Positions 1-11,942 of a stretch of 64,000 bases of DNA are shown piece after piece; positions within the stretch are counted from its first letter, which is position 1, and each line of letters begins with the position of its first letter. The notes under the pieces were generated by a model. That model saw only the letters and a list, made by a program, of their open reading frames with translations. It did no database searches and had not been told where the DNA came from. Both the position numbers and the translations under genes were made by a program. Origin of the DNA: Hydrolagus affinis (taxonomy: Eukaryota); contig JAAILG010000027.1 of the NCBI GenBank assembly GCA_012026655.1, forward strand, positions 62,001 to 126,000, written 5' to 3'.

Positions 1-3000
1 CGCTTAATGCATCAGTCTTTAACAAAGCGAAAGTGGGAAATTCAAAATAGTTCTCTTTGTGTGGGCTGTCAATGTCATCGTCCTGAGGCATAATCGGGCT
101 ATGGGGGAGGTTATAGCCTGCTTGTTTTGCTTCATGCCAATGTCGAGAACGAATATGTGTTTCTAGTGCTGTTTTAGCTTTGAAGAGTGCTCGGCAAAAA
201 GGACATCTCCTGTGAGAATGAGTGGGACCCACGGCACGGAACTGCCCCTTCCTTTCACGAGCTCGGGTGTTCTGAAACCAGACCTGAACCACCCGTTTTT
301 TCAAGCCGACTTCATTCGATATGTGATCTAGCATTTTCCGAGTGGGATTAGAATCCAGCAAGTATTTTTCATACAGGATCTCCAATTGTTCTGGGGTTAT
401 TGTGGTTCGAAGCCTCTTGTCACGCTGAGGTTCATCATTGCTAATCATGCCTTCTTTTTCAATGTGATTGTTTTCTTCCTTTTCTTCCAATTTGCGTTTC
501 ACTGAACCAGAAGCTGCATTGGGTGTCGTGGGAAGTGGTGTACTTGTCTGGGAGGACATCTGTGTCAGTGGTCCAGGGAGCAACTGCCCTGTCATCAGCG
601 GGTTGTTGGGGTCAAAAATCATATAGGGCATATCTAAAGATCGATCCAAAATTTGTGAATGGAGGAACTGATTTTGGGCTGCCAAAAAATGAATGTGCTG
701 GTGCTCTTGCCAAAGTTCCAAGGTTGGAAAGGCATATTTACACTGGTCACATTGGTACTGTAACATCTGAGGAGGTAGACTGTTCTGTAAAGAGGTGACT
801 GGTACAGGCAGGGGGCTGGAAGGAACGGCTGTGGTTTGAGGTTGTGAATGAGGTCTCGCTATTTGTGATTGAGATTGTTTCTGCTGCTGTGATTGAGGTG
901 TTGAAGGCTGCGGCTCTGCAGGAGGTGAAGATGTCGGTTGCATTGGTCTGGCCATTGGAGAGGGTTGAGTAGTCTCGCTTTGCTTTGGTTTTTCTGCTGA
1001 CAAGTTAGATTTGGGTGAACTCTTATCTGTTTCCAGTTTGGGTGAAAGCATGAGAGGAGTACTGGAGCCAGAACCGGAACCGGAGCCAGAGCCAGAGTTT
1101 GCTGTTGTTCCTAGTGGGGGGTTTGTGGAATCTGTTGGGCATGAAGCATCAGGGTGCTTTGACATCATTTGGTCTGTAGCATCCATTGAATCTTCCGTTT
1201 GGCTGTCATCTTGACCCTCATCATCTTCGTCTTTGTAACACTGTTTCTTCTGATGAGTAATCAGATCGAAGATGCGGGGAAACACGACATTGCATTTTTT
1301 GCACTGGTACTGCATGTTACTGGTTCGAATATAGCGCTCGTTGGTCAGTTCTCTTCTTTCACTGTCTTTAGCATCAATTTGATTCTCAAACGTTTTACGG
1401 GCCTTTTGACGTGCGTTTTGAAACCACACAACAATGACTCGGGTAGGTAAGGTTAGGACTGTTGACAATTGTTCGATTTCATCATCTTTTGGATAGGCGT
1501 TGGTATCAAAAAAGTCCTGGAGAACTCTCAATTGGTAGTCTGTGAATCGTGTCCTTGATGACCTCTTAGTTAATGCACCATCTGCCCTGTAATATTCTAC
1601 TGCAGTTAGATAAGTATCATTTGTGGATTCATCCAATGTGGTCATAGGAGGGTTGTTGAAGTTATACGGGGAATCCTTGTTTCTTTGTCTTTCTTTGAAA
1701 AGAGTATTGCGAAACCAATGTTTGATGACCTTCTGGGGCAGGCCTGATTTCTCCGACATTTCTTGGATTTGTTCCTCTGTCGGTGAATTATTGATATCAA
1801 AATAAGCCCGCAAGACCTTCAGCTGATCGTCTGTGATTCTTGTGCGTGGGCGTTTGAACTGGTGATGCCTCAGAAAGTTGGGGTCAAAACCCAACTGCTG
1901 CTGACAGAGCTGGGCAAGTTCAGGAGATAAAGCGTCCATGGTCGGCAGCTGCAGAGTGAGCTGAGCAGGCAGAGAAGAATGCTGCACCATAAGTGGGGGG
2001 AAAAGAGGCAGATCCAACGAGATGGGCATCTGAACCTGGGACTGCGAGGAAGGGGGAGGTGGGGGTGGTGGTGGAGGGGGAGGAGGTGGTGGAGGTGGTA
2101 ACGGCGATTGGGCGGATCCTTGGAGCTTTCCGTTACCTGTTGAGGGAGGGGGCGGCGGTGGAGGAGGAGGTGGAGGAGGTGGGGGAGGGGGTGCGGGTGG
2201 CTCTGGTGAGGACGGAGCTATGGGATACAGTTTGTCGTAAGCTTCTCTGTAGTTACACGCAAACGTTTCCAGTTCTCCAAAGGGGAAAAATTGGCAATGG
2301 ACATGCTCCTGGTGACTCTTCAGAATCAGGATGTTTGAGAAAAACTTGCCGCAGGAGAAACATTCCAGTTTGTCAGAATTGTCATTCTCCCCGTTCTTAT
2401 TCCTCTTCTGCACTTTCTGTTTGTTCTCGTTAAACTGGATGACCAATTCAAAGCCAAAATTTTCCAACAAGGCTTTTGCGGCATTACCCCTCGCGCCAGA
2501 TGGAATACGAGGAGGTGGGAGCTGTGGTTCCAGTGATTTCTGCTTTTTGGCCTCTCTATTCTCTCTTAAAGCATCGGATTCCATTGAAAACTCATGCTGT
2601 GTCATTGTTTCCATTTTCTCCATGGATTCTTCAGTTTCTTTATGGGAATAATTATCTTTTAACATCTGAGCCTCGGATGCACTGGCAGCATTCTGCTCGA
2701 GCTTTGATTGTTTAACTGCTTGGTGCTGTTGCTTTTGTGCAAGCTGTTGAGCTTGCAACACTTGATGTTGCTGCCCATGCTGTTGCAGGATTTGCAATTG
2801 ATGCTGCCCTTGCATTTGCTGTTTCAGATCCTCCAGCAGAGTCCCTGTCATTGCAGACATTCCAAAGGCCCCTGAACCAGGGAGCCCCAGTTCTGTGTTT
2901 AGATTGAATTCGGTGCCTGGGATATAAAAGGGAAACAGAAACTGTGGCTGTTGTAACTGGAGCAAGGTTTCGGCCGTCATGGGGAAGTGCGGCAGCAGCG

Positions 3001-4302
3001 CTGGGTTCAGAAACTGGGTTTGAAAGAATGCTGCTTGCTGTTGCAGTTCGTGCTGCAGCTGCATTTGTGCTTGAGCATGAGCCTGTGCCTGGGCTTGAGC
3101 CTGCGCTTGTGACTGGGCCTGAAGCTGGGCCTGTGCCTGCAGCTGGGCCTGCACATGCAACTGAGCCTGGCTCTGTACTTGTGCTGGCGACTTGGGCATT
3201 TGTTGGATGGACTGAGAAGAAACTGTTTCACTGAACTGTTTTTTGTTCACATCTTTGTTATCCACATTGCTGTCCTTGTGACTGACTGATGGTGCCCCCA
3301 GAGAATCAGCACTCATCTGACCAGTGGAATGCAAGCTACTACTGCTAGCCACACCGCTGTTTCCACCAGTTGTGCTACAGTTCCCTGCTTCCAGTTTGGC
3401 CGCCCTTGCTTTCGTCTGGTGAAGCACAGATCTCATATGTATTTCCAGTGTAGAGCTCTGGCTATATGCAACATTGCAAGTGTTGCATTTATAGGGCTTA
3501 TTATCTACGCTGTTGTTGGACTCTTGAGGAACTGGACTTGATGCCTCTTGCAGAACCTTCTTCAGCTTGTGTAGGTGAGACACTGAATTATAATGAACCA
3601 AAAGGATGTTCTTTTGAGTGAAGGACTCTTTGCACACTGTGCACTTGTATGGTCGAGAAGGATCTAAGAACTTTTCCATTGTAAAATTTGGACCTTTCCT
3701 GAAAGGCAAGGTTCGTTTTGGTTCTGAACTAAATTCATCGAGAATAGAACTGCTGTCACTTCCCGCTGGACTCGCTTTGCCATCCTGATCAGCTTCTTCC
3801 TCCTTATCTGTTTCCTGTGCCAGAATATTATCCTCTTGACCCATGACCTCATTTTCTGGCCAAAACTCTCCATTCATATGATAACTTCCATAGATCTGCT
3901 GAATCTCAGCCTCACTTAGCTCAGGGTGACTCGTCTCTAGGTGTTTCTTTAAAGCCAAAAATGTGCGGAAGCTGCGTTGACAAAGGCTACACATTGTGGC
4001 AGCCCGGATAGCATGGTACTGGGAATGGATCTGAAGTTTCTGCAAGGTCTTGAAAGCCAGGCTACATTGGTTACAGCGGTATTTATAGACATGTCGATCA
4101 GACACAGGCAACTGCTGCCTTTTCTGCATTTCATTTATTTGGTCCTGCAAAGATTCCGAACCCTTAAAGCCCTGGCTTCCATCTTTCTTCCACTCAGGGG
4201 TGTCTGAAGATTCCTTCATTATCCGCTGCTCCTCATTTTTTGACTCAAATCCAGATTTTGAGTTGTCTGCGACTGCGTAAAACTTCCCCTCTGAATTTTC
4301 CC
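1..4302 (-). CDS. ZFHX4: ZFHX4 giant internal coding exon (partial, continues past position 1); C2H2 zinc fingers plus homeodomains 1-3
   Basis: Acceptor ...ttaaacAG|GG at 4302 (phase 1). The minus-strand translation reads ENSEGK...[64 protein letters not shown]1 [26 protein letters not shown]...[13 protein letters not shown] (~1679-1858), HD2 [26 protein letters not shown]...[12 protein letters not shown] (~1391-1570), HD3 [26 protein letters not shown]...[12 protein letters not shown] (~242-421), then finger [24 protein letters not shown]. It is missing from the ORF track, most likely because no stop falls inside the window. Confidence 0.97.
2051..2191 (-). repeat. Two coding poly-proline tracts (16 Pro each) in the giant exon
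   Basis: Codon-by-codon reading gives P16[16 protein letters not shown]16 with mixed CCN codons; G-rich on the + strand. Confidence 0.9.
3040..3185 (-). repeat. Coding Gln/Ala dipeptide-rich tract
   Basis: [50 protein letters not shown]. Confidence 0.85.
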
Positions 4303-4823
4303 CTGTTTAACAAAAATGAATATTATACATAAGAAACATACAGGGTTTAACAATTGCTAACAACAATGGGCACAACAATGGACACAAATTTAGCAATAAG
4401 AACCATACAGATGCGGCCTCACACCTCCTCTCCCCCACCCCACTCCCCTACACACACTCTGATCCTGGCAATAGAAACGTTAGCTCTACCTAATAATCAA
4501 ACCCTGTTGAATGCAGGAGGGGGTAGAGTTAACACAAAATATTACTGTACACTGTAAATTACCGAGATATGCTACCAAATGCCATCTGATCGCTAATTAG
4601 CACTTTCCAAACTATTGTCGATTTTAGCTAATTCACACACGACTTTGAGACTGAGAATCAATCAAGAATTCCCAATACAATAATCAAGGATTGAACTTGT
4701 GTGTGTAGGGGAGTTAGATATGAGCTATAATTACTTGACTGCAAAATGTATCACTCATACGTTGCATGCTATAAAAAGCATTTCTTCTCCCCTAAACCTT
4801 CCCAACCAGCTAGCTTAATCTAT

Positions 4824-4870
4824 CCTAGACATATGCCACCCAAGACATATGCCACCCTAGACATATATCC
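4824..4870. repeat. Short tandem repeat, ~17-bp unit, ~2.7 copies
   Basis: cctagacatatgccacc caagacatatgccacc ctagacatat. Confidence 0.75.
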
Positions 4871-5479
4871 TTAGGAATGTGCAAACCCAGTCAAAAATTT
4901 ACTACCAGTCTCCTAAATGCTGCCTGCCACATTCCCTAGAACTCATCACTGAATTACCAAACTTATTGGGCTAACAAGTGACTTAGTAGCACGCAGAGGA
5001 AAGGAAGGACTGAACCTTTCCTAAATATAAGATGTGATTTGCTATTACTGTGCAAACTGCTTCAAAGGATTGTCGCCTGAAGCATAACTTTCAGCAAAAT
5101 CAATGGGTGGTTATTAAGACAGAAGCCCTATTATAGATCCTTGTTAAAATCAGGAGCAACCAATAGTCAGGCTCACAGTCTCAGACCGGAAACAAGCCTA
5201 TTTGATGACCTCTCCTCATGGAATAAGGATCTTCCAATATAAACGATTTGAGAACCCTGGCACCAGACTGGCCAATGTTTCCACAAATACCACATCAGGA
5301 CTCCAGAAAATTTTACTAAATGCAGAATAATTGAAAAACTCCAAACCGTGTATTTATATCAAGACTAAGAATGCCCCTCCCACCCCCATAAACCTCATTG
5401 TGAGACATCCAACTCAATAAAAAACACAGCTATTTACAACAAATTAAACTATAAATTTACTGGTCGAAAAGTAAACACA

Positions 5480-5627
5480 GATCAATACAGTACTTTAGAT
5501 GTAACAAGACAGTAGAACAAGAGGACATAGGTTTAAAGTTATAAAGGGCAATTTCAGGACAGATACCAGGAAGTTTTTCTTTAAGAAGTGGGTAATCAAT
5601 GACTGAAACAGCAGATTGCCAGGGAAG
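5480..5627 (+). mobile_element. CR1-clade LINE ORF2 C-terminal fragment
   Basis: Encodes SRTRGHRFKVIKGNFRTDTRKFFFKKWVINDW, the characteristic CR1 'RTRGH...RK.FF..RV...WN.LP' C-terminus. Confidence 0.8.
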
Positions 5628-5872
5628 CTGCCCCACCTTCTGGAACTCCATCCCAAAATTCCTTCACCTCGCTCCCTCCCTTGTCTCCTTTAAGGTCCAA
5701 TTCAAGACCCTCCTTATTGACCGTGCCCCCACCCTACCCTACCCTACTGCCTCCACACCCGCACGTTACTGGATCAAGCTGCTTTTTAAAATATGTCTAA
5801 CCACCTTCCCTGGCAATCTGCTGTTTCAGTCATTGATTACCCACTTCTTAAAGAAAAACTTCCTGGTATCTG
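5560..5872. repeat. Perfect 68-bp inverted repeat (arms 5560-5627 and 5805-5872; 177-bp spacer)
   Basis: cagataccagg...gattgccagggaag is the exact reverse complement of cttccctggcaatc...cctggtatctg, checked base by base. Confidence 0.97.
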
Positions 5873-6002
5873 ACATCACTTCCTGTGCACTGTATATGTG
5901 GGTTATGTACAGGAAATGCTGCCAATATCACTTTGTGAAGGAAAGTAACATCAAAACAACAACAACAAAATTACATTTATAGAGCATTATAGAGCATCTT
6001 TC

Positions 6003-6640
6003 CACGCTGCCGAAACACTCGTGCACGCATACATCACCTCACGGCTGGACTACGGAAACTCTCTCCTCGTCGGCCTCCCCAGTTCCTCCATTCACAGGCT
6101 GCAGGTCATCCAAAACTCTGCAGCCCGTGTACTAACCCGCACCCACCTCCGCGACCACATAACCCCCACCCTCGCCCGTCTCCACTGACTACCCATTCTC
6201 CAGAGGATCGAGTTCAAGATCCCCGTCCTCACCTTCAAGGCCTTACAGGGCCTTGCCCTGCCCTACTTAACTGATTTACTTTCCCCCTATAAGCCCACCC
6301 GGACCCTCCGTTCAGCAGGTCTTGGCCTGCTCCAAGCCCCCCGCCCGAACCGCCCCACCATCGGAGGCTGGGCTTTCAGTTTCTCCGCTCCCACCCTGTG
6401 GAATTCCATCCCCCAATCCCTCTGCCTTGTTTCTTCCCTTTCCTCTTTCAAGGCCAGTTGGAAGACTTTCCTCTTCGACCGTGCCTTTTGTTCCCCCCCG
6501 AACTTTTCGACCTCCCCTACGTGTTTTACCCCTTCCCGAACACTCCCCTCCCAGCTCGGGTCACACGCCTCCTGTACAGCGCCTTGGGACGTCCTCCTGA
6601 CGTGAAAGGCACTTTATAAGTTTAAGTTGTTGTTGTTGTT
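6003..6640 (+). mobile_element. L2-clade LINE, 5'-truncated (ORF2 C-terminus, 3' UTR, (GTT)n tail)
   Basis: Reads [25 protein letters not shown]...LARLH*LPILQRIEFKI...; ends cagcgccttgggacgtcc...gtgaaaggcactttataagtttaagttgttgttgttgtt. Confidence 0.92.
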
Positions 6641-6834
6641 CATGTCGGGAAATAGAATTAGAAAGTATTCTAATTCTAATAGAATTTCTAATGCACAGTG
6701 TGCAGAAATAGATGTCAGTGACAATCTTATGACCCATAAGTCAGACCATTTTTGTGGCTTTGCTTACAATGCAAATGTTAGTTATAATGGGTTGCCCTGT
6801 ATTTAAATTACCATTGTTTCACCCTAGCTATTAC

Positions 6835-6952
6835 CTGAAGATTTGCAAGATTCCTCTGTGCTTCCAGCTGCAACATTGCTCTGCAAACATTGCATTTTCT
6901 CTGATGCAAGAGAGGGCATCATCATGGGTGTCATCCCCTCTGAAGACGACAC
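6835..6952 (-). CDS. ZFHX4: ZFHX4 coding exon, 118 nt (phase 0 to 1)
   Basis: ttttgtAG|GTGTCG...TCTTCAG|GTAATA. Encodes VSSSEGMTPMMMPSLASEKMQCLQSNVAAGSTEESCKSS(G) and joins both flanking exons in frame. The length equals the human exon as I recall it. Confidence 0.9.
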
Positions 6953-7297
6953 CTACAAAAACAGAAAGACAGACCAAACAGTAGACCTATTACTAATTGT
7001 AATATTATACATACATAATAACATCAGCACACATCACACAAACCATGGAAGTCATGTTTTGTTTCACTGTGAAATCAATTCCTATTGCTGAATATATTAA
7101 CTTTATTCCTATTAACACATGTATTCTCTGCTTATACTACTCATATGTGTTTATCCCCATTGACTTAGAATGGATGAATTCCCTTCATCTATACTGTATT
7201 TTAGGCAACAAATGGGACACTGGTGTAAGTGGGAACAGAGGGAGAGCTAACATGCACTTTCATTATCATATTGTTTCTTCCGTGCTTATGATGCCAG

Positions 7298-7632
7298 CTT
7301 AGCTCAGTTGCACTCCTGGCTCTGGCTCAGAAGGTTGTGGGTTGAAGTCCAGGTTGTGAATTTGACCTCACAGAGTCAAGGCTAACATTTTGATGTAGTG
7401 GCCTGCATTGCTGGAGGTGTTGTCCTTTGGATGAGGTTACACTGAGGTCCCGTCTGGCTGTTCAGGTGGACATTAAGGATTGCATGGCACTATTTGAAAA
7501 AAGAAGCAAGTTTCTCCTAATGTCTTGGGCCATAATTACCCCCATTAAAATTGCTCATTCACTTTATGGCTAGTGGGACATTCCTTTGCACAAACGGCTG
7601 CTGTGTCAACCACAAAATGCAGTCACTAATGA
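7298..7632 (+). mobile_element. Old DeuSINE (SacSINE1-like) copy
   Basis: tRNA-like head (agctcagttg...agaaggttgtgggttgaagtcc) and Deu-domain-like core (gtcctttggatgaggttacactgaggtcccgtctg...ggtggacattaaggattgcatggcactatttgaa). Confidence 0.7.
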
Positions 7633-7653
7633 TTTGTATTATAATCACATATA

Positions 7654-7950
7654 TGTAGCTCAGTGGTTAGAGCACTCGCCTTGCAAGTGAGAGACCTGGG
7701 TTCAATTCCAGGCAGGGCGAAACCTTGGGCAAGTTTCTTTACTCCACACGCCTAATAATAAGCCCTCAGGAAAAAAAAATCAATAATAATTGGGTCATTT
7801 CAATCCACGACTATTTGTGGGACACTGCTGTGCACAATTGGCTGCCACATTTCGCCCACATATGTAACCAATTTACTTTTCCATATATTCTGTGAAGCGC
7901 TTTAAGATGTCTAGAAGACGTGAAAAGCACTATATCAAGGATTACTATTA
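7654..7950 (+). mobile_element. Young tRNA(Ala)-derived SINE with L2-type tail
   Basis: A box TAGCTCAGTGG, B box GGTTCAATTCC, body jumping to tttgtgggacactgctgtg, tail gtgaagcgctttaagatgtctagaagacgtgaaaagcactata...(ATT)n. Many similar copies occur in the window. Confidence 0.9.
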
Positions 7951-10900
7951 TCATTGTTTTCACATTTTTATTATTATTTAAACAAATGAAAAATTGAACA
8001 CTAGTCAGCAATTTAAAAATATTGGAAAGGATAGAATTAGAAAAATGCCAATCACCCCACAAAGCTATTTCATTTCACAGAACATGTAAAATTCACCCTC
8101 TCGTAGGCTTCAGCCAATTTATTTAGTGACCGAAGGAAATGTACATCAAAATTTCTCTGTGATCCTCAAAGGTAATGGAGCAAATTTCCAGATGTCAATC
8201 TAACCTTACAACTTACATTATTCAACCTTGACCATCTGATAAGTGGTAACTGCACAGCACAGAAATTGTCCGGCTAGGGCCGCACTACATATTAGAGCTT
8301 TGTTTTACATATTAAGGTTACGTTTACACAGCCAAATCCCACTGATGTCACAGTTTATGGTAGACCTGTGTGGCTTTTTAACTGTGCATCTCTCTTCTGT
8401 CAGTTCAACCCCAGGGATACCCTGTGTACGTTTTGCTGCAGGAACGTGTTTTGATACATCTGATAACAACTTGACCTTATTCATTAGAACCTTAACCCCA
8501 GTTATTAGGCCAACTCACTATTCAGCTGGCTCCCTTTCTCATGTTCTGTGTTTTTCATTCAAAATGTAGTGACTAATATCCTAAACTCACTATTGAAGGC
8601 ACCTCCCTAACAAGGGCAAAACAGACCAGTCTACTGACTGCCATTGATAGCTAGTTTCTGTTGTATTTTTAGTCAATGGTCACTAATCATTCCCAAATTC
8701 TTTTCTTTTTTATCTAATGGATAAATATTCATGTTCGATGGTTCCACTTCCAAAGTGCTTTACCTTACAATTATCCACATGAAAATCCATCTGCCGTTCC
8801 CCCCAGCTAAACTGCTTAATTTGTCTTGATTCTTTTGAAAGCTTATCAATTCTCTCCACACTACTACAGATCTGTCCACAGCTTGATGTGCTAATATTAA
8901 CAGAAACATATTCTCCCCCACGTGAATTTTGTAAATAGCGATGGATCCGGGATAGTCCTGCAAAATTCCATTAACCACTGGAGTTGAAAAGAGCACTCAA
9001 TAACACTGAGAAAGCACTGTGACATAAGGGATTTTCCCCTTTGTAAGATTTTGGCACTGAGATCTCAGAGCTGAGATATCGCAGAAAACCAAAATTTACA
9101 TCACATGGTGCTTTTTCTGAGAGTTTCACCGTGGGAGAGTTATTCTCACCTCAAAGTGAACGTTTACCCATTTCTCAACACCTCTTGCTTTCTGTTTGTT
9201 AATTTGCGATCAGCCAACTAACCTGGCAGCAATTTTATGAGTGATAATTTACTTCAAAAACTCACCGATGGAATTTTATCAAATACTGTACTGTATTTTC
9301 TGAAGCTCCAGCTGAACTACAGTGTACGCACTGTACAGTTCTCATTTGAACACTTAGTTACATCCTTAAATATTTTTGTGTCATGACCTATCTCTTTTAA
9401 ATCCATACAGACTACTCTGAGTAACATCTCTGCTCTTCAAGTAAACAGCAATAAGTAACCATAAGATGTCTCTAGATACTCATGTTCTTCGCTACTGAGG
9501 TTAAGGTCTATAATTTCCTTGTCAATGTGGTCTAAAATGTAGCAATTTCAAACAGGGTTTCTTGATAAGGAAACCAGACAGACGCCAAGTCGAGTTGTGG
9601 GAATTCTGCCTGACATGAGCTACTTTCAGAGCGGGATTCCTGTGTCAATGCGACATGCAAACCGTTCTTCCACTTCCTAAAGGAGTCTCTATTCAGATTC
9701 CATATGATGGAATCCTGATAGAAATTGCTGCATATTAACTCCCATGTTTCACTCTTGTTTTAAATATCACAATAACATTTGCTTTTCTCCAGACTTAAGT
9801 CTGTATTATTGTATAAATATTATTGCAAATATTATTATGTGAAAACAAATGTCCTTGGGTTTATGAAACTGCCAAAAATATTAACTAGAGCTATGCCAAA
9901 ATCCTTGTAATTCATCTGGTTCAGGTGTCCCCTAGACATTTAGAACAAAGGGTAGACCCTACTCTAAGTCAGTGGGGGAAACTAACCACAGTGCTTTCAG
10001 TTTCTTTAAAACACATGCTTCACTGACCCCTGTATATGTTATACATTCCTGCCAGAGCCTGTTTTTGCTGCATTTAAAATGTATCCATATTCTTCATTTG
10101 TTAAGACTGACATAAAACATTCTGTCACTTCCTGATATTATCTCTCTTCTTTGCCCCATAATATTTCAGCCAGCCTCTTGTGGATAAATTTGGGTAATAC
10201 ACATTGAAATAATAAACAACGGATGTGTACAAATGTAATCAATTATTTATTTCAATCCTTTCACTGCTGTCTAACAATTTCCTTTTCTTTCTCTTATTTT
10301 TGTTAGTCTTCAAAATCCACAGTCACAGCACTTCATGTGAAGAGCTTGAGATATCCTCACGACATGAAAGGCACTACAGGATATCAAATGAAGGGATTAT
10401 TATCTTCATTACTATTTAATCCTCTTAATTCTTGTACCTATTATAGCTTTCCTCAAATATCTTATGAATATTTGTTTTCAAATAATTTTACTGAACCTTT
10501 GAGGTTATTTCTGACTTGCTTCTTCAGCTATGATGCTTGAATCCTGCCATTTTTGGTCTTGTTCTCAAAGACACACGATTAGTTCCTTCACCCCTTAAAA
10601 CAGCCATAAAATTCTGTGTAGTCAATGGAAACCTGAAGCATTTATTCCCCATATGGAAGGATAATTTTAAAATCATAGCTGCCACTTTTCACCCATTTTA
10701 CACGGCGTACTATTTCATTTCTAAGTAGGAAAATGTGGACCAATATGTCAACTTCTGGTAATGTATGATACTGAAATAGCATAGTGGTTCATCTACAAGT
10801 AAATTAGTAATTATCTTATGGCATAAATCACAACAGGAATGCATTTTGTGCTGAAAAGGGCAATAATCTCAGGCAGATGTGTATTTTAAATGGGACGGGT

Positions 10901-10962
10901 TTTAATTTTGCAGAATCTAGAGCCAATAACGCATTAACTGAGGTACATTTTAAACTGCTTAC

Positions 10963-11163
10963 AGTTATGAGTAGCTTCTCCACACAGTCAGGTGCCACGC
11001 TGTGTAAGTGGGTCAGGTGGAGCTGTAGATGGATCTTGTTGCTGAGGACGTCCTGACAGAGAGGGCAGCAGATGACTGGCTGCATGGAATGTTGGGACAT
11101 GACATGCAGCTGGATTCGGTTTGCATCCTTACTGTTATAATTACAGTAGGGACACTGGTAGAG
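10963..11163 (-). CDS. ZFHX4: ZFHX4 coding exon, 201 nt, two C2H2 zinc fingers (phase 0 to 0)
   Basis: ttgtttcAG|CTCTAC...ATAACT|GTAAGC. Encodes [72 protein letters not shown] and [15 protein letters not shown] are ZFHX4-type rather than ZFHX3-type (CKYSN, PMLRCPLCQDMLNNK). Confidence 0.97.
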
Positions 11164-11808
11164 CTGAAACAAAATAATGTTTAATACAAGGCACATTAAA
11201 AACTGGCGTGTGTGACACACGAGCTTCTCAGCTCTGCTTTTCTTTATTTAAAAAAAAAGTTTTGCACATAACTTAGCTTTGAGGCTAAAAAGATATTCGA
11301 AGTGTTACTTATGAAACGCAAATTCAAACTTAACGCAGTCTTTATCGATGTCAACAGGGGCCAATCCTAGATGTTCAAAAATGGCAGCGACTATTCAAAT
11401 CATTCCTAATTCTTTTTTACAGTCAAGATTTCAGTTTCAGGAGCATATCTTTCACATTGTTCTACACCATTATTATTGTGAAAAATTAGACTCACACGTA
11501 AGATGCTATTTTCAATACTCTCGAACTGGCCCCTGCTTACAGTGCAGGAATTTCTTGCATCCAAGTCAAAAATTCCTTACGGCAATTTCCCTTTAAGTGA
11601 TAATCGAAAACAGAAAATGTTTCATCAAAATGTACCAAAGACAACAACAATATTTTTTTTTTAAAAAGTATGTGAAACTTTTTTTTATATACACGAATTG
11701 GCCAGTAAAAAAAAAACCTCAAAAAATAATTTGCTGTGAATTCAAAGGAAAAAAGATCGGGAGCAAAACAGACCAAAAGAACAATCAACCCTAAGTTTGG
11801 TCTCTTAC

Positions 11809-11942
11809 CTGCTCTTGACTGAGTTTGCTGCTGACACATGAACGAGCCCTCTTGGATGTAAGGTCATCATCTCCTCCCTGCAGGAGTGAGCGCTTTCCTA
11901 CTACAGAACTTCCTTTAGTTTCTGTGCACGGCACATTTGTTC
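11809..11942 (-). CDS. ZFHX4: ZFHX4 coding exon, 134 nt (phase 1 to 0)
   Basis: ctcttaacAG|GAACA...GAGCAG|GTAAGA. Encodes (G)TNVPCTETKGSSVVGKRSLLQGGDDDLTSKRARSCVSSKLSQEQ, stop-free and in frame with both neighbours. Confidence 0.9.

Noticed and set aside
523-4207. Plus-strand and off-frame minus-strand ORFs in the track over this interval (e.g. 1993-2433, 2944-3234)
   Set aside because: They are antisense or alternate-frame shadows of the ZFHX4 giant exon with no independent protein features.
6653-6678. 11-bp AT-rich hairpin tagaattagaa-agta-ttctaattcta
   Set aside because: Short and low-complexity, likely local slippage; no functional support.
7654-7725. tRNA-Ala gene (also at 31480, 42120, 52674, 59780, 61790)
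   Set aside because: The tRNA-like part runs straight into a shared SINE body and LINE-type tail, and the copies carry scattered mutations: SINE heads, not tRNA genes.
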